Made by a program: the position numbers and the translations under genes. A stretch of DNA of 64,000 nucleotides. Source: Bacteroidota bacterium. GTDB lineage: Bacteria > Bacteroidota > Bacteroidia > 2-12-FULL-35-15. The stretch covers positions 14,002-78,001 of the forward strand of contig CANFLQ010000002.1 in the NCBI GenBank assembly GCA_947447995.1, given 5' to 3'. Shown here one piece after another: positions 10,758 through 21,638 of this stretch. Each line of letters begins with the position of its first letter. Position 1 is the stretch's first letter. The notes beneath the pieces are model-generated. The model saw only the letters and a program-made list of their open reading frames with translations, did no database searches and had not been told where the DNA came from.

Positions 10758-13307
10758 ATGGCAGACGGAGAAAAAATTATTCAAATTAACATCGAGCAGG
10801 AAATGAAGTCGGCTTACATTGATTATTCAATGTCGGTAATTGTTTCGCGTGCTTTACCCGATGTAAGAGATGGTTTAAAACCGGTTCACAGAAGGGTATT
10901 GTATGGTATGCTTGATTTGGGTGTTGCTTCTAATAAGCCTCATAAAAAATCGGCACGTATTGTTGGTGAGGTATTGGGTAAATACCATCCACATGGCGAT
11001 ACGTCTGTTTACGATGCAATGGTGCGTATGGCTCAGGATTGGAGTTTGCGTTATCCTTTGGTTGACGGACAAGGTAACTATGGTTCTGTTGATGGTGATA
11101 GTCCGGCAGCAATGCGTTATACCGAAGCTCGTTTGAAAAAAATGGCAGAGGAAATGCTTGGCGATATTGAAAAAGATACGGTTGATTTTCGTCCAAATTT
11201 TGATGATAGTTTAACAGAACCAACCGTTTTACCTACACGTATTCCTAATTTGTTGATTAATGGTGCTTCCGGTATTGCAGTGGGGATGGCAACCAATATG
11301 CCACCACATAATTTAACCGAGATTGTTAATGCTACTATTGCATATATCGATAACCGTGAAATTGATGTTGCGGGATTAATGCAGTATGTAAAAGCTCCGG
11401 ATTTTCCTACAGGAGGAATTATTTACGGTTACGAAGGTGTTAAAGATGCTTTTGAAACTGGTCGCGGACGTATTGTAATGCGTGCTCAAACAACTATTGA
11501 AATTACAGACGCTGGACGTGAACGTATCATTGTAAACCAAATTCCTTTTCAAATCAATAAAGCCGAAATGATTAGAAAAACGGCTGATTTGATTAATGAT
11601 AAAAAAATTGAAGGTATTTCAGATATTCGTGATGAATCGGATAGAGATGGGATGCGTATTGTTTATGAAATTAAACGCGATGCCATTACCAATGTAGTAT
11701 TAAATAATTTATTCAAATATACCGAATTACAAACATCTTTTAGTGTAAACAACATTGCTTTGGTTGGCGGCCGACCAATGATGTTGAACTTGAAAGATAT
11801 GATTGTTCATTTTGTAGCTCACCGTCATGATGTGGTTACCCGCAGAACCAAATTTGAATTACTTCAGGCGGAAAAACGTGCACATATTCTTCAAGGATAT
11901 TTAATTGCTTTAGATCATTTGGACGAAGTAATTAAGTTGATTAGAGAATCATCAACACCAAGTGAAGCGCAAGAAGGTTTAATGTCGAGATTTGGCTTGA
12001 GTGAAATTCAATCAAAAGCAATTTTGGAAATGCGTTTGCGCGTATTAACCGGACTGGAAAGAGACAAGATTAAAGCAGAATACGAAGAGTTAATGAAATT
12101 GATTGATTACTTAAAATCAATTTTAAATGATGAAACGTTAAGAATGAAAATTATTACCGACGAACTTTTAGAAATTAAAGAAAAATACGGTGATGAGCGT
12201 AAAACTCAAATTGTATACGCTTCCGGCGATTTTAAAATTGAAGATATGATTGCTAATGAAGAGATAGTAGTTACTATTTCTCACATGGGTTATATTAAGC
12301 GTACAGCTTTATCGGAATACCGCACTCAGGCTCGTGGAGGCAAAGGAGCCAAAGGTACTACCACGCGCGATGCTGATTTTATCGAACATTTATTTATAGC
12401 ATCCACACATAATTATTTATTGTTGTTTACCGAACAAGGTCGTTGTTTCTGGATGCGTGCATTTGAAGTCCCTGAAGGAACTCGTCAATCTAAAGGACGC
12501 GCTATTCAAAATCTAATTAACATACCATCTGATGATAAAGTAAAAGCATTTATTAATGTTACTAGCCTTTCGGATGAGGAATACATCAATAATAATTACA
12601 TTATTATGTGTACCAAAAATGGCATCATCAAAAAAACAACATTGGAAGCATATTCTCGTCCTCGTCAAAATGGTATCAATGCAATAACAGTGCGTGAAGG
12701 CGACACTTTATTGGAAGTATTATTAACAGATGGTAAAAATGAAATAATGCTTGCTTCAAAAGCCGGTAAAATTGTTCGTTTTAATGAAGAAAATGTTCGC
12801 CCGATGGGACGTAACGCTTCAGGTGTAAGAGGAATTAATGTTGGGGATGAAAAAGATAATGAAGTGATTGGTATGATAGCTATTTCTGATCCATTATCCA
12901 ATGTTATGGTGGTTTCTGAAAAAGGATACGGTAAACGTTCTGATATTGAAGAATACCGTGTAACTAAACGTGGAGGTAAAGGAGTTAAAACCATTAATAT
13001 TACTGAAAAAACAGGTAATTTAATTGCTATCAAAGATGTAACGGATAATGATGGATTAATGATTATTAATAAATCAGGTATTATTATTCGTTTGGCTGTT
13101 TCTGAATTGCGTGTGATTGGACGTGCTACTCAAGGTGTACGTTTAATTAATATGAAAGCTACCGATGAAATTGCTGCTGTAAGTAAAGTAGATAAGGAAG
13201 AAATTATCGATGAGGAAGCAGAAGCAAATCCGGAAAATGGCATAGAAAATGGTACTTCTGACGAAACAGGAACTGAAGGCGAAGAACCATCAAACATTAC
13301 AGAATAA
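10758..13307 (+). CDS. gyrA: DNA gyrase subunit A
   Basis: [22 protein letters not shown] catalytic Tyr, GyrA-box-like QARGGKG, beta-pinwheel repeats, acidic tail. Confidence 0.97.
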   Translation: MADGEKIIQINIEQEMKSAYIDYSMSVIVSRALPDVRDGLKPVHRRVLYGMLDLGVASNKPHKKSARIVGEVLGKYHPHGDTSVYDAMVRMAQDWSLRYPLVDGQGNYGSVDGDSPAAMRYTEARLKKMAEEMLGDIEKDTVDFRPNFDDSLTEPTVLPTRIPNLLINGASGIAVGMATNMPPHNLTEIVNATIAYIDNREIDVAGLMQYVKAPDFPTGGIIYGYEGVKDAFETGRGRIVMRAQTTIEITDAGRERIIVNQIPFQINKAEMIRKTADLINDKKIEGISDIRDESDRDGMRIVYEIKRDAITNVVLNNLFKYTELQTSFSVNNIALVGGRPMMLNLKDMIVHFVAHRHDVVTRRTKFELLQAEKRAHILQGYLIALDHLDEVIKLIRESSTPSEAQEGLMSRFGLSEIQSKAILEMRLRVLTGLERDKIKAEYEELMKLIDYLKSILNDETLRMKIITDELLEIKEKYGDERKTQIVYASGDFKIEDMIANEEIVVTISHMGYIKRTALSEYRTQARGGKGAKGTTTRDADFIEHLFIASTHNYLLLFTEQGRCFWMRAFEVPEGTRQSKGRAIQNLINIPSDDKVKAFINVTSLSDEEYINNNYIIMCTKNGIIKKTTLEAYSRPRQNGINAITVREGDTLLEVLLTDGKNEIMLASKAGKIVRFNEENVRPMGRNASGVRGINVGDEKDNEVIGMIAISDPLSNVMVVSEKGYGKRSDIEEYRVTKRGGKGVKTINITEKTGNLIAIKDVTDNDGLMIINKSGIIIRLAVSELRVIGRATQGVRLINMKATDEIAAVSKVDKEEIIDEEAEANPENGIENGTSDETGTEGEEPSNITE

Positions 13308-13338
13308 TAGGTTTTAAATAAAAAACAGAAAAATAAAG

Positions 13339-13375
13339 TTCCATTCTGCTTCCCTTAGCGGGATGGAATTTTTTT
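13339..13375 (+). terminator. intrinsic terminator after gyrA
   Basis: TTCCATTCTGCT-6 nt-AGCGGGATGGAA (12 bp with two G-U pairs) followed by T7. Confidence 0.7.
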
Positions 13376-13394
13376 AAACATTAAAAAAAACAAC

Positions 13395-14654
13395 ATGAAA
13401 AAAATAGCATTGTTATTATTGGCTACAACACCTGTTTTTTCGGTGTATTCTCAAAAATCAAAAGGATATAACGCAGTAAATTATTATAAAGATTATACAG
13501 CAACGAAGGATGTAGAATCATTAAATAAAGCCAAAGAAAATGTTGATTTGGCATCTGAACATGAAGATACAAAGGACAATGCAAAAGTTCAAATTGTAAA
13601 AGGACAGATATATTTTGCTTTGTACGAGTTAAATAAAAAAGCACAGGAAGAGTTGCTGGTGCAAAGTATCCCAGATGCAAATAAAAGGGCTTTTTCTGCA
13701 TTTCAGATTACTCCAACAGCTGATTTAGAAACAGCTTATAAAGCTTTTGAAAAAGGAAGAGCTTTGGATACAAAAGGGGAGTATAGCAATGAATTAAAAA
13801 TGGAAAGAAATATAGGGATATATTACGATAATACCGGACGTGCTAATTTGAATGCGAAAAAATTTACTAACGCATTAAATGCCTTTGAAAAAGCGTACGA
13901 AATAGGAGGCTTTTCAAAAACAGATACTACTTTGCTTTATTATTGTGCTTTGTCTGCTGAGTATTCAAATGAATTTGAAAAGGCTAAAAATTACTATCAA
14001 AAATTGATTGATACCAAACATATACCGGAAAATACGTATTCATCACTTGTAGAAGTATATCTGAATTTAAAAGATACAGTAGCAGCAATGGATGCTTTAA
14101 AAAAGGGAAGAACGGAGTTTCCTAATAATATTGGCTTGGTAATTAAGGAGGCTAATTATTTTTTAAAAACCAATAACAGTGCAAAAGCATTGAATAATAT
14201 GAACATTGCAATTAATGCAAGACCTAATGATGCTAATTTATATTTGGTAAGAGGTAATATTTATGATAACCTTGCAAACCCTAAAGATGCTATGGGTAAA
14301 GAACTTGATAAACCAAGTGATTATGAAAATAACATTAAAATGGCCGAAGCGGATTACAAAAAGGTAATTGAATTAAAACCCGATAATTTCGATGCTTTAT
14401 TTAATCTAGGTGTATTGTACAACAATCAGGGGGTTACTTTTAATAAACTAGCTGATGGTATAGTGGACAATGTAAAAAACGCAGCTATGAATGCTAAGGC
14501 AACTGCTCAATTTGAAAAAGGTATTCCTGTTTTTGAAAAAGCGTTGCAGTTAAATCCAACAGATAGAAATACAATGATTGCATTAAAACAAATATATGCA
14601 CGCTTACAAATATTGGATAAATTAAAAGCAATAAACGAGAAGTTGGGCAAATAA
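13395..14654 (+). CDS. exported tetratricopeptide-repeat protein
   Basis: Signal peptide ending YSQ; multiple TPR units (e.g. YKKVIELKPDNFDALFNLGVLY). Confidence 0.85.
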   Translation: MKKIALLLLATTPVFSVYSQKSKGYNAVNYYKDYTATKDVESLNKAKENVDLASEHEDTKDNAKVQIVKGQIYFALYELNKKAQEELLVQSIPDANKRAFSAFQITPTADLETAYKAFEKGRALDTKGEYSNELKMERNIGIYYDNTGRANLNAKKFTNALNAFEKAYEIGGFSKTDTTLLYYCALSAEYSNEFEKAKNYYQKLIDTKHIPENTYSSLVEVYLNLKDTVAAMDALKKGRTEFPNNIGLVIKEANYFLKTNNSAKALNNMNIAINARPNDANLYLVRGNIYDNLANPKDAMGKELDKPSDYENNIKMAEADYKKVIELKPDNFDALFNLGVLYNNQGVTFNKLADGIVDNVKNAAMNAKATAQFEKGIPVFEKALQLNPTDRNTMIALKQIYARLQILDKLKAINEKLGK

Positions 14655-14748
14655 TAATCCAAATGATTTATACTTATTTTTTTTGATTTATCTCAATTTA
14701 CAACATCATTTTTTTGATATCCCAACAAGTATTTTAAATTTTTGTATG

Positions 14749-14787
14749 AAGTAAAGGCTATTGAAAGTATTTCAATAGCCTTTACTT
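14749..14787. terminator. 18-bp perfect hairpin, probable terminator
   Basis: AAGTAAAGGCTATTGAAA-GTA-TTTCAATAGCCTTTACTT between the TPR gene and queE. Confidence 0.65.
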
Positions 14788-14855
14788 AAATCCCTTATAT
14801 TATTTATCTTTAAAATCAATAATTACTCACCTGTTATTTATTAAAAATATAAAAA

Positions 14856-15491
14856 TTGGAAACAAAACCATATAAAACATTATTAGAAAAAGGTTTGGAA
14901 TTACCATTAATGGAAGAGTTTTACACCATACAAGGCGAAGGATTCCATTCAGGTAAACCCGCTTATTTTATAAGAGTAGGAGGTTGCGATGTTGGTTGCC
15001 ATTGGTGCGATGTGAAAGAAAGTTGGGACGCGTCATTACATCCGCTTACGTCTGTAGATATAATCATTGAAACCACAAAACAATTTCCTGCAAAAGCCGT
15101 TGTTGTTACTGGCGGTGAACCAAGTATGTATAATTTGGAATACATTACCCAACAATTTAAAAATGCAGGTATTCAAACATTTATAGAAACTTCTGGGGCT
15201 TATTCATTAACTGGTATTTGGGATTGGGTATGTCTTTCTCCTAAAAAAACGAGTGAACCTTTACCTGAGAATTTTTTAAAAGCGAACGAATTAAAAGTGA
15301 TTGTTCATAATAAAAATGATTTTGAATGGGCGGAAAAAAATGCCATACACGTTAGTGCTGATTGTAAATTATTTCTTCAACCTGAATGGAGTAAAAGTAA
15401 AGATATTATGCCAATGATTGTAGATTATGTCATGGCGCATCCTAAGTGGAATGTATCTTTACAAACCCATAAATATATGAATATCCCATAA
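14856..15491 (+). CDS. queE: 7-carboxy-7-deazaguanine synthase (radical SAM)
   Basis: EEFYTIQGEG, CDVGCHWCD (CxxxCxxC), TGGEP, IETSG, SPK, C-terminal SLQTHKY; TTG start uncertain. Confidence 0.93.
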   Translation: METKPYKTLLEKGLELPLMEEFYTIQGEGFHSGKPAYFIRVGGCDVGCHWCDVKESWDASLHPLTSVDIIIETTKQFPAKAVVVTGGEPSMYNLEYITQQFKNAGIQTFIETSGAYSLTGIWDWVCLSPKKTSEPLPENFLKANELKVIVHNKNDFEWAEKNAIHVSADCKLFLQPEWSKSKDIMPMIVDYVMAHPKWNVSLQTHKYMNIP

Positions 15492-15526
15492 GTTTGAAAC
15501 TGGCTTAATAATTGAATATTAAAATT

Positions 15527-17476
15527 ATGAAACATATTTTTATTGCAACCTTTACTATTCTTTTCTTCTTAACTTGTAAAGCTCAATTGGCTCCAGGGCA
15601 ATATACTACCACCAATAAAAAAGCTATTTCATATTACGAAGATGGGCTCATTTATTTTCAACGTGGTGATAGTGAAAAAGCCATTGCAGAAGCCAGTAAA
15701 GCAATTGAAAAAGATGCAGAATTTGTAGAACCCCACTGCTTGCTTGCCGAAATATACCAAACTAATAAAAAGAACCAAAATGCTATTGCTGAGTATATTA
15801 AAGCTATTCAAATAAATCCAAACTTTAATAATAGCCTATTTTTTAATCTTGCTCAATTAGAAATGGTAGAAGGCAAATTTGAAGATGCTAAAAAGGATTA
15901 TGAACAATTTTTAAAAAAACAATATGTTAATCCCAATTCAAAGGATATTGCATTAAGGCAGATTGACAATTGCACGTTTGCCATTAATGCTATAAAAAAA
16001 CCTGTACCTTTTGAACCTAAAAATATGGGAGATGGTATAAACTCTATGTTCGATGAGTATTTCCCCGCTGTTACTGCTGATGCTCAAACATTTTTGTTTA
16101 CCCGTAACAACAGAACAGAAACAATTCCCATGCAAGAAGATTTTTTGATTAGTAAAAAAGAAAATAATATTTGGTCAAAAGCAGCCTTAATTGGTAATGG
16201 AATAAACACTTTCGGTAATGAAGGTGCGCCTAGTTTATCATCCGACGGACAATTATTGTTTTTTGTTGCTTGTGCCGAAATTGATGGAAGTTATGGTTCT
16301 AACAGAAAAGGTTTTGGTAGTTGTGATATTTTTTACACTCAAAAAGTGGGTAACAATTGGGCTAAACCTTACAACATGAATCCTCCAATAAGTACACAAT
16401 TTTACGAAACTCAACCATCATTTGCAGCTGATGGTAAAACGCTTTATTTTGTAAGTAATCGTCCGGGAGGAATGGGAAGTACCGACATTTATGTTTCTAC
16501 ACTTAAAGACAATGGTAGTTGGAGCATGCCTCTAAATTTAGGCAACAAAGTAAATTCAAAAGAAAAGGAAGAGTCGGTATTTATTCACCCCGATGGCAAA
16601 ACCCTTTATTTTGGTTCTGCGGGACATACAGGAATGGGAGGTTTGGATATTTATGTTTCCCGAATGGATGAAAACGGTATTTGGGGAGAGCCTGTAAATT
16701 TAGGTTACCCTATTAATACTCCAGGTGATGAAAACAGCTTAGTTGTAGGCGCTTCAGGCGATCTTGCTTATTTTGCATCTAATCGTCCAGGTGGATATGG
16801 TGGATTAGACGTATACCAATTTGATTTATATGAAGCTGCCCGTCCTGGAAAAATTACTTATGTAAAAGGTAAAGTATATGATGCCAAAACAAATAAGCCG
16901 CTTGGTGCTCACTTTGAATTGATTGACTTGGCTACAGCCAAATCAGTTATTGTTTCTGATGCCAACAGCGGTAATGGAGAGTTTTTAGTTACCCTTCCGG
17001 TAGATAAAAATTACGCACTAAATGTTACGCATCCTGGCTATTTATTTTATTCCGAAAATTTTGCTTTAAAAGAATATTCTGAAAAGACTAAACCGTTTTT
17101 AATGAATGTACCTTTATTGTCATTAGATTCGGGAAGTGTGGTGGAGCTTAAAAATGTGTTTTTTGAAACGGCTAAATTTGACCTGAAACCAGAATCAAAA
17201 GTAGAGTTAAATAAATTAGTATCTTTTTTAAATTTGAATAAAACCTTGCGTATTGAGTTAGGAGGACATACCGATAATGTAGGTGATAAAAAAATGAACC
17301 AAATACTTTCTCAAAACCGTTCTAAATCTGTTTATGACTATTTAGTTGCCAATGGTATTGAAGCCAAACGTTTAGCCTACAAAGGTTATGGAGATACTAA
17401 ACCAAAAGTAAACAATGATACCGAAGAGCACCGCGCAATAAATAGAAGAACGGAGTTTAAAGTTATTGGTAAATAA
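15527..17476 (+). CDS. PorE-like TPR + PD40 propeller + carboxypeptidase-regulatory + OmpA_C peptidoglycan-binding protein
   Basis: N-terminal TPRs, PD40 repeats (PSFAADGKTLYFVSNRPGG.G..DIY), OmpA_C (GHTDNVG...LSQNRS...NRRTEF); start moved to ATG 15527. Confidence 0.85.
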   Translation: MKHIFIATFTILFFLTCKAQLAPGQYTTTNKKAISYYEDGLIYFQRGDSEKAIAEASKAIEKDAEFVEPHCLLAEIYQTNKKNQNAIAEYIKAIQINPNFNNSLFFNLAQLEMVEGKFEDAKKDYEQFLKKQYVNPNSKDIALRQIDNCTFAINAIKKPVPFEPKNMGDGINSMFDEYFPAVTADAQTFLFTRNNRTETIPMQEDFLISKKENNIWSKAALIGNGINTFGNEGAPSLSSDGQLLFFVACAEIDGSYGSNRKGFGSCDIFYTQKVGNNWAKPYNMNPPISTQFYETQPSFAADGKTLYFVSNRPGGMGSTDIYVSTLKDNGSWSMPLNLGNKVNSKEKEESVFIHPDGKTLYFGSAGHTGMGGLDIYVSRMDENGIWGEPVNLGYPINTPGDENSLVVGASGDLAYFASNRPGGYGGLDVYQFDLYEAARPGKITYVKGKVYDAKTNKPLGAHFELIDLATAKSVIVSDANSGNGEFLVTLPVDKNYALNVTHPGYLFYSENFALKEYSEKTKPFLMNVPLLSLDSGSVVELKNVFFETAKFDLKPESKVELNKLVSFLNLNKTLRIELGGHTDNVGDKKMNQILSQNRSKSVYDYLVANGIEAKRLAYKGYGDTKPKVNNDTEEHRAINRRTEFKVIGK

Positions 17477-17678
17477 ATAATGAAGTTAAGGGAATAATTT
17501 TAAATTTTAGTTTGTAGGAGTTGAATCTAAAACGCAAAAGGTTGAATTAGAAAATAGCAAACATGAATAAGAAACCTTTCTTTTCCGATTGGAAACAAGG
17601 CGGAATAAATAGAAATAGAGCTAAGTTAGATTGGAACATGCACTTTTTGGTTTTAGCAAACTCCTAAAAAATAATATT

Positions 17679-18164
17679 ATGGCACTAAAAACAACAGATT
17701 TATGCGATGCGCACCCTGATAAAGTTCAGGTGGCAGAACCAATTGGTTTTAAAGATTATGGCGGTAAAAAAGTATTTGCCGGTAAAATAGTAACCCTTAA
17801 AATGTTTGAAGCAAACCCTTTGGTTCGTAAAACATTGGAAAAAAACGGTAACGGATCCATATTAGTAGTAGATGGTGGCGCATCCATGCGTTGCGCCATG
17901 CTGGGCGACCAGCTGGGTGAACTTGCCGTAAAAAACAATTGGAGTGGCGTAATTATTTACGGTTGTGTTCGTGATTCGGCCGACCTTGCAAAATTGAATC
18001 TTGGTGTTAAAGCTTTAAACACACATCCTATGAAAAGCGCAAGAACATTGGAAGGGCAGGAGAACATTGCTGTTCGTTTTGCTGGTACCACTTTTAATCC
18101 CGGCGAATTTGTTTATTGTGATGAGGATGGAATCATCATTTCAAAGGAAGCTTTGAGTTTATAA
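17679..18164 (+). CDS. rraA: RraA family (RNase E regulator / HMG aldolase) protein
   Basis: TTDLCDA, LVVDGGAS.RCAMLGD, GCVRD, CDEDGII; start moved to ATG 17679. Confidence 0.9.
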   Translation: MALKTTDLCDAHPDKVQVAEPIGFKDYGGKKVFAGKIVTLKMFEANPLVRKTLEKNGNGSILVVDGGASMRCAMLGDQLGELAVKNNWSGVIIYGCVRDSADLAKLNLGVKALNTHPMKSARTLEGQENIAVRFAGTTFNPGEFVYCDEDGIIISKEALSL

Positions 18165-18190
18165 AAAACAGCTAAACTTTTTGTAATATT

Positions 18191-18223
18191 TTTGAACAGT
18201 TCGGGAGGGTTTTTCTATCTTTG
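18191..18223 (+). promoter_or_regulatory. Bacteroidota housekeeping promoter of guaA
   Basis: TTTG (-33) at 18191-18194, 21-nt spacer, TATCTTTG (-7) at 18216-18223. Confidence 0.7.
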
Positions 18224-18228
18224 CGCTC

Positions 18229-19761
18229 ATGCAAGAAACAATATTAATTCTCGATTTCGGATCACAATACACACAGTTGATAGCACGCAGAGTGAGAGAG
18301 CTCAACGTATATTGCGAGATTCATCCTTTCAATAAAATTCCAGAAATTACAAATAACATAAAAGGGATTATACTGTCGGGTAGCCCTTTTTCAGTTCGTG
18401 ATCCTCAATCGCCCAACCCCAATTTATCTGTTTTTAAAGGAAAATTACCTTTGTTGGGTGTTTGTTATGGAGCTCAGTTAATGGCGCAAAAATTTGGTGG
18501 CGAAGTATTGCCTTCAAAACACCGCGAATATGGTCGAGCTAATTTATCATTTGTAAACAGAGAAAGCGAACTTTTTAAAGGTATCAGTGATAATTCGCAG
18601 GTGTGGATGAGCCATGCAGATACCATCACCAAAATACCTGATAATTACGAGATTATATCCAGTACCAAAGATGTAAAGTTTGCCGGATATAGCGTAAAAG
18701 GTGAAAAAACGTATGGAATTCAATTTCATCCGGAAGTATACCATTCTACCGAAGGCGCTATACTTTTAAAAAATTTTTGTGTAGATATTTGTGCTTGCTC
18801 ACAAAACTGGACGCCCGATTCATTTGTTGATACTACCGTAAATGACTTAAAAAAACAATTGGGTAACGATAAAGTGGTTTTAGGACTTAGCGGAGGAGTA
18901 GATTCAAGCGTTGCAGCTGTTTTATTGCACAAAGCCATCGGTAAAAATTTGTTTTGCATTTTTGTAGATAATGGTTTGTTACGTAAAAATGAATTTGAAA
19001 CTGTGTTGGATTCATACAAGCACATGGGCTTAAACGTAAAAGGTGTAAATGCAAAGGATCGTTTTTATGAAGCCCTTTCAGGATTGGTTGACCCCGAATT
19101 AAAACGCAAAGCAATTGGCAAAGTTTTTATTGATGTATTTGATGATGAATCAAAACAAATACAAAATGTAAAATGGTTGGCTCAGGGAACAATTTATCCC
19201 GATGTTATTGAGTCTGTATCTGTTAATGGCGGACCATCGGCTACCATCAAATCTCACCACAATGTAGGAGGTTTACCCGATTATATGAAATTGAAAGTGG
19301 TGGAACCTTTACGTTTATTATTTAAAGATGAAGTGCGTAGAGTGGGCAAGTCGCTACATATTGATGATGCTATTTTGGACAGACATCCATTTCCTGGTCC
19401 TGGTTTAGCTATACGTATTTTAGGAGATATTACACTTGATAAAGTACGTATATTACAAGAAGTAGATTATATATTTATTGATAATTTAAAAACATCGGGT
19501 TTATATAAGGATGTGTGGCAAGCTGGCGCCATTTTTCTTCCAGTTAATTCGGTTGGAGTTATGGGTGATGAGCGTACTTATGAAAATGCAGTGGCATTAC
19601 GTGCTGTAACGTCTACAGATGGCATGACGGCTGATTGGTGTCATTTACCGTATGATTTTTTAGGTAAAGTATCTAATGAAATTATTAATAAAGTAAAAGG
19701 CATAAATCGTGTTGTTTACGATATAAGCTCTAAACCGCCTGCTACCATTGAATGGGAATAG
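18229..19761 (+). CDS. guaA: GMP synthase (glutamine-hydrolysing)
   Basis: [41 protein letters not shown]. Confidence 0.98.
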   Translation: MQETILILDFGSQYTQLIARRVRELNVYCEIHPFNKIPEITNNIKGIILSGSPFSVRDPQSPNPNLSVFKGKLPLLGVCYGAQLMAQKFGGEVLPSKHREYGRANLSFVNRESELFKGISDNSQVWMSHADTITKIPDNYEIISSTKDVKFAGYSVKGEKTYGIQFHPEVYHSTEGAILLKNFCVDICACSQNWTPDSFVDTTVNDLKKQLGNDKVVLGLSGGVDSSVAAVLLHKAIGKNLFCIFVDNGLLRKNEFETVLDSYKHMGLNVKGVNAKDRFYEALSGLVDPELKRKAIGKVFIDVFDDESKQIQNVKWLAQGTIYPDVIESVSVNGGPSATIKSHHNVGGLPDYMKLKVVEPLRLLFKDEVRRVGKSLHIDDAILDRHPFPGPGLAIRILGDITLDKVRILQEVDYIFIDNLKTSGLYKDVWQAGAIFLPVNSVGVMGDERTYENAVALRAVTSTDGMTADWCHLPYDFLGKVSNEIINKVKGINRVVYDISSKPPATIEWE

Positions 19762-19787
19762 AATGAATTATATTTAAAAATTGAAAA

Positions 19788-21635
19788 TTGAAAATCAAGA
19801 ACACTCTTCATTTATTACACCGACCTTCATTTAAAATTAATTGCAGGTCGCTCTTCGTATTTCGTACTTGGTATTTATTACTTTTTTTCTTACTTAATAT
19901 TCTGAGTTCCTATTCTCAGGATAAACAAACACCACAAATTAACAAAAGCAAAAAAGTGGAGACAATTTCAGGTGTTAAATACATTTTACATACTGTAGAA
20001 CAAGGACAAACACTTTACGCAATTGCAAAAGTATATGAGCGCAATTTAAGTGATATTGTTATTGATAATCCCACTGTAATTGATGGTATAAAACCCGGGC
20101 AAGTTCTTAAAATTTCGACCGAAAAACCTAAAAAAATAATACTGAGTCCAATTGCTGAAAGTGCAAATATGGCAGGCGTAAAATTACATAAAGTGGAACA
20201 AGGGCAAACCTTATATGCTTTATCAAAATTATATGGAACTTCGGTTGAAAAATTATTGGAATTAAATCCGGAATTAAAAGAAGGATTGAAAATAGGACAA
20301 ACATTAAAAGTATCTGATGCAGAATTGAAAGCAAATAAAACTACTGATTTTAAACCTTCAATACCTATTATTGAAACTAAATACCCCTCTTCAAAAGAAG
20401 TGATTAGCCCTCAGCCTAAAATTCAACAGGATTCAAAAGCTAAAGAATATGTAGCAATGGGAACTGCAAACAAACCCGAATTAAGTCCCCCTATTTCTGC
20501 AATAGAAAAATCAATGATGTATTCAGGCGCAAAAAAGGATCAATATAAAATTGCATTCTTTTTACCTTTCCATGCCGAAGAGGCAAACGCAATAGAACAA
20601 CAAAAATTAATTAGTGGAGAACAACAATTACCTAATAAAACAACTGTAGCGCTCCAGTTTTATGAAGGAGCTTTGCTAGCAATTGATTCATTAAAAAAAC
20701 TGAAATTAAATGCTAAGATTTTTGTTTACGACATTGATGATTCCGATTCATTAAACATGTTAACTCTCTTAAAAAAAACGGAGTTAGCTGAAATGGATTT
20801 AATGATAGGTCCACTTTATGGCTCAAGTTTTATGCCTATTTCAAAATTTGCAAAAGAACATAAAATCCCTATTATTTCTCCATTTACTCAAATTAACAAA
20901 ATATTATTTGACAACCCTTTTGTTTGTAAAGTTTTACCTTCTAATACTTTACAAGTAGAACAGTTAGCTCATTTTGTTGTAGACTCATTTCACACCCAAA
21001 ACATTATTCTTATTAACAATGGTAATGCTAAAGAGGTATCATTTTATAACTCATTTAAAAACACTTCAAAACTTGCTATGTTAGATAAAAAACACTCAGT
21101 GTTAGATACAGTTAAAGAAGCTAAAAACTTTCCTGTTATGCAAGGTTTATTGAGTTCTAGTAAAACAAATGTCATTATTTTACCTTCTAATAGTCAATCT
21201 TACGTAACTGAATTTATAAGTAGACTAAGTTCTTTACAGGATAAAAATAAGATTGTGCTTTTTGGACTTCAAAACTGGATAAACTATGACAATTTAGATT
21301 TTGAATATTTAAACAGTTTAGCATTGCATATTCCATCAAGTAACAATATTGATTTTCAAAATAATGCAACAAAATTTTTTGTAAATAATTATCGTGAAAA
21401 ATATAAAACAGAACCAGAGTTGTACTCCTATAACGGATTTGATATAACTTATTGCTTTCTTTCGGCTTTACAGAAATATGGTAGTGGTTTTTTGAATAAT
21501 ATTAAAGAAATTAATTATAAAGGAATTGCATCTAATTTTAATTTTATTCAATCAATTTCTAATAAAAGTGGATTTGAAAATAAATTGGTAATAATTCTGA
21601 AATATGATAAATACAAGTTGGTAAAAGCTAACTAA
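19788..21635 (+). CDS. exported LysM x2 + periplasmic-binding-protein-like domain protein
   Basis: Two LysM (HTVEQGQTLYAIAK, HKVEQGQTLYALSK) then a PBP1-like fold (IAFFLPF, FYEGALLAIDSL, IGP); start uncertain. Confidence 0.8.
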   Translation: MKIKNTLHLLHRPSFKINCRSLFVFRTWYLLLFFLLNILSSYSQDKQTPQINKSKKVETISGVKYILHTVEQGQTLYAIAKVYERNLSDIVIDNPTVIDGIKPGQVLKISTEKPKKIILSPIAESANMAGVKLHKVEQGQTLYALSKLYGTSVEKLLELNPELKEGLKIGQTLKVSDAELKANKTTDFKPSIPIIETKYPSSKEVISPQPKIQQDSKAKEYVAMGTANKPELSPPISAIEKSMMYSGAKKDQYKIAFFLPFHAEEANAIEQQKLISGEQQLPNKTTVALQFYEGALLAIDSLKKLKLNAKIFVYDIDDSDSLNMLTLLKKTELAEMDLMIGPLYGSSFMPISKFAKEHKIPIISPFTQINKILFDNPFVCKVLPSNTLQVEQLAHFVVDSFHTQNIILINNGNAKEVSFYNSFKNTSKLAMLDKKHSVLDTVKEAKNFPVMQGLLSSSKTNVIILPSNSQSYVTEFISRLSSLQDKNKIVLFGLQNWINYDNLDFEYLNSLALHIPSSNNIDFQNNATKFFVNNYREKYKTEPELYSYNGFDITYCFLSALQKYGSGFLNNIKEINYKGIASNFNFIQSISNKSGFENKLVIILKYDKYKLVKAN

Positions 21636-21638
21636 ATT

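Noticed and set aside
14655..14855. preQ1 riboswitch upstream of queE
   Set aside because: No preQ1-I P1/loop/A-tract pattern found by eye; only a perfect terminator-like hairpin
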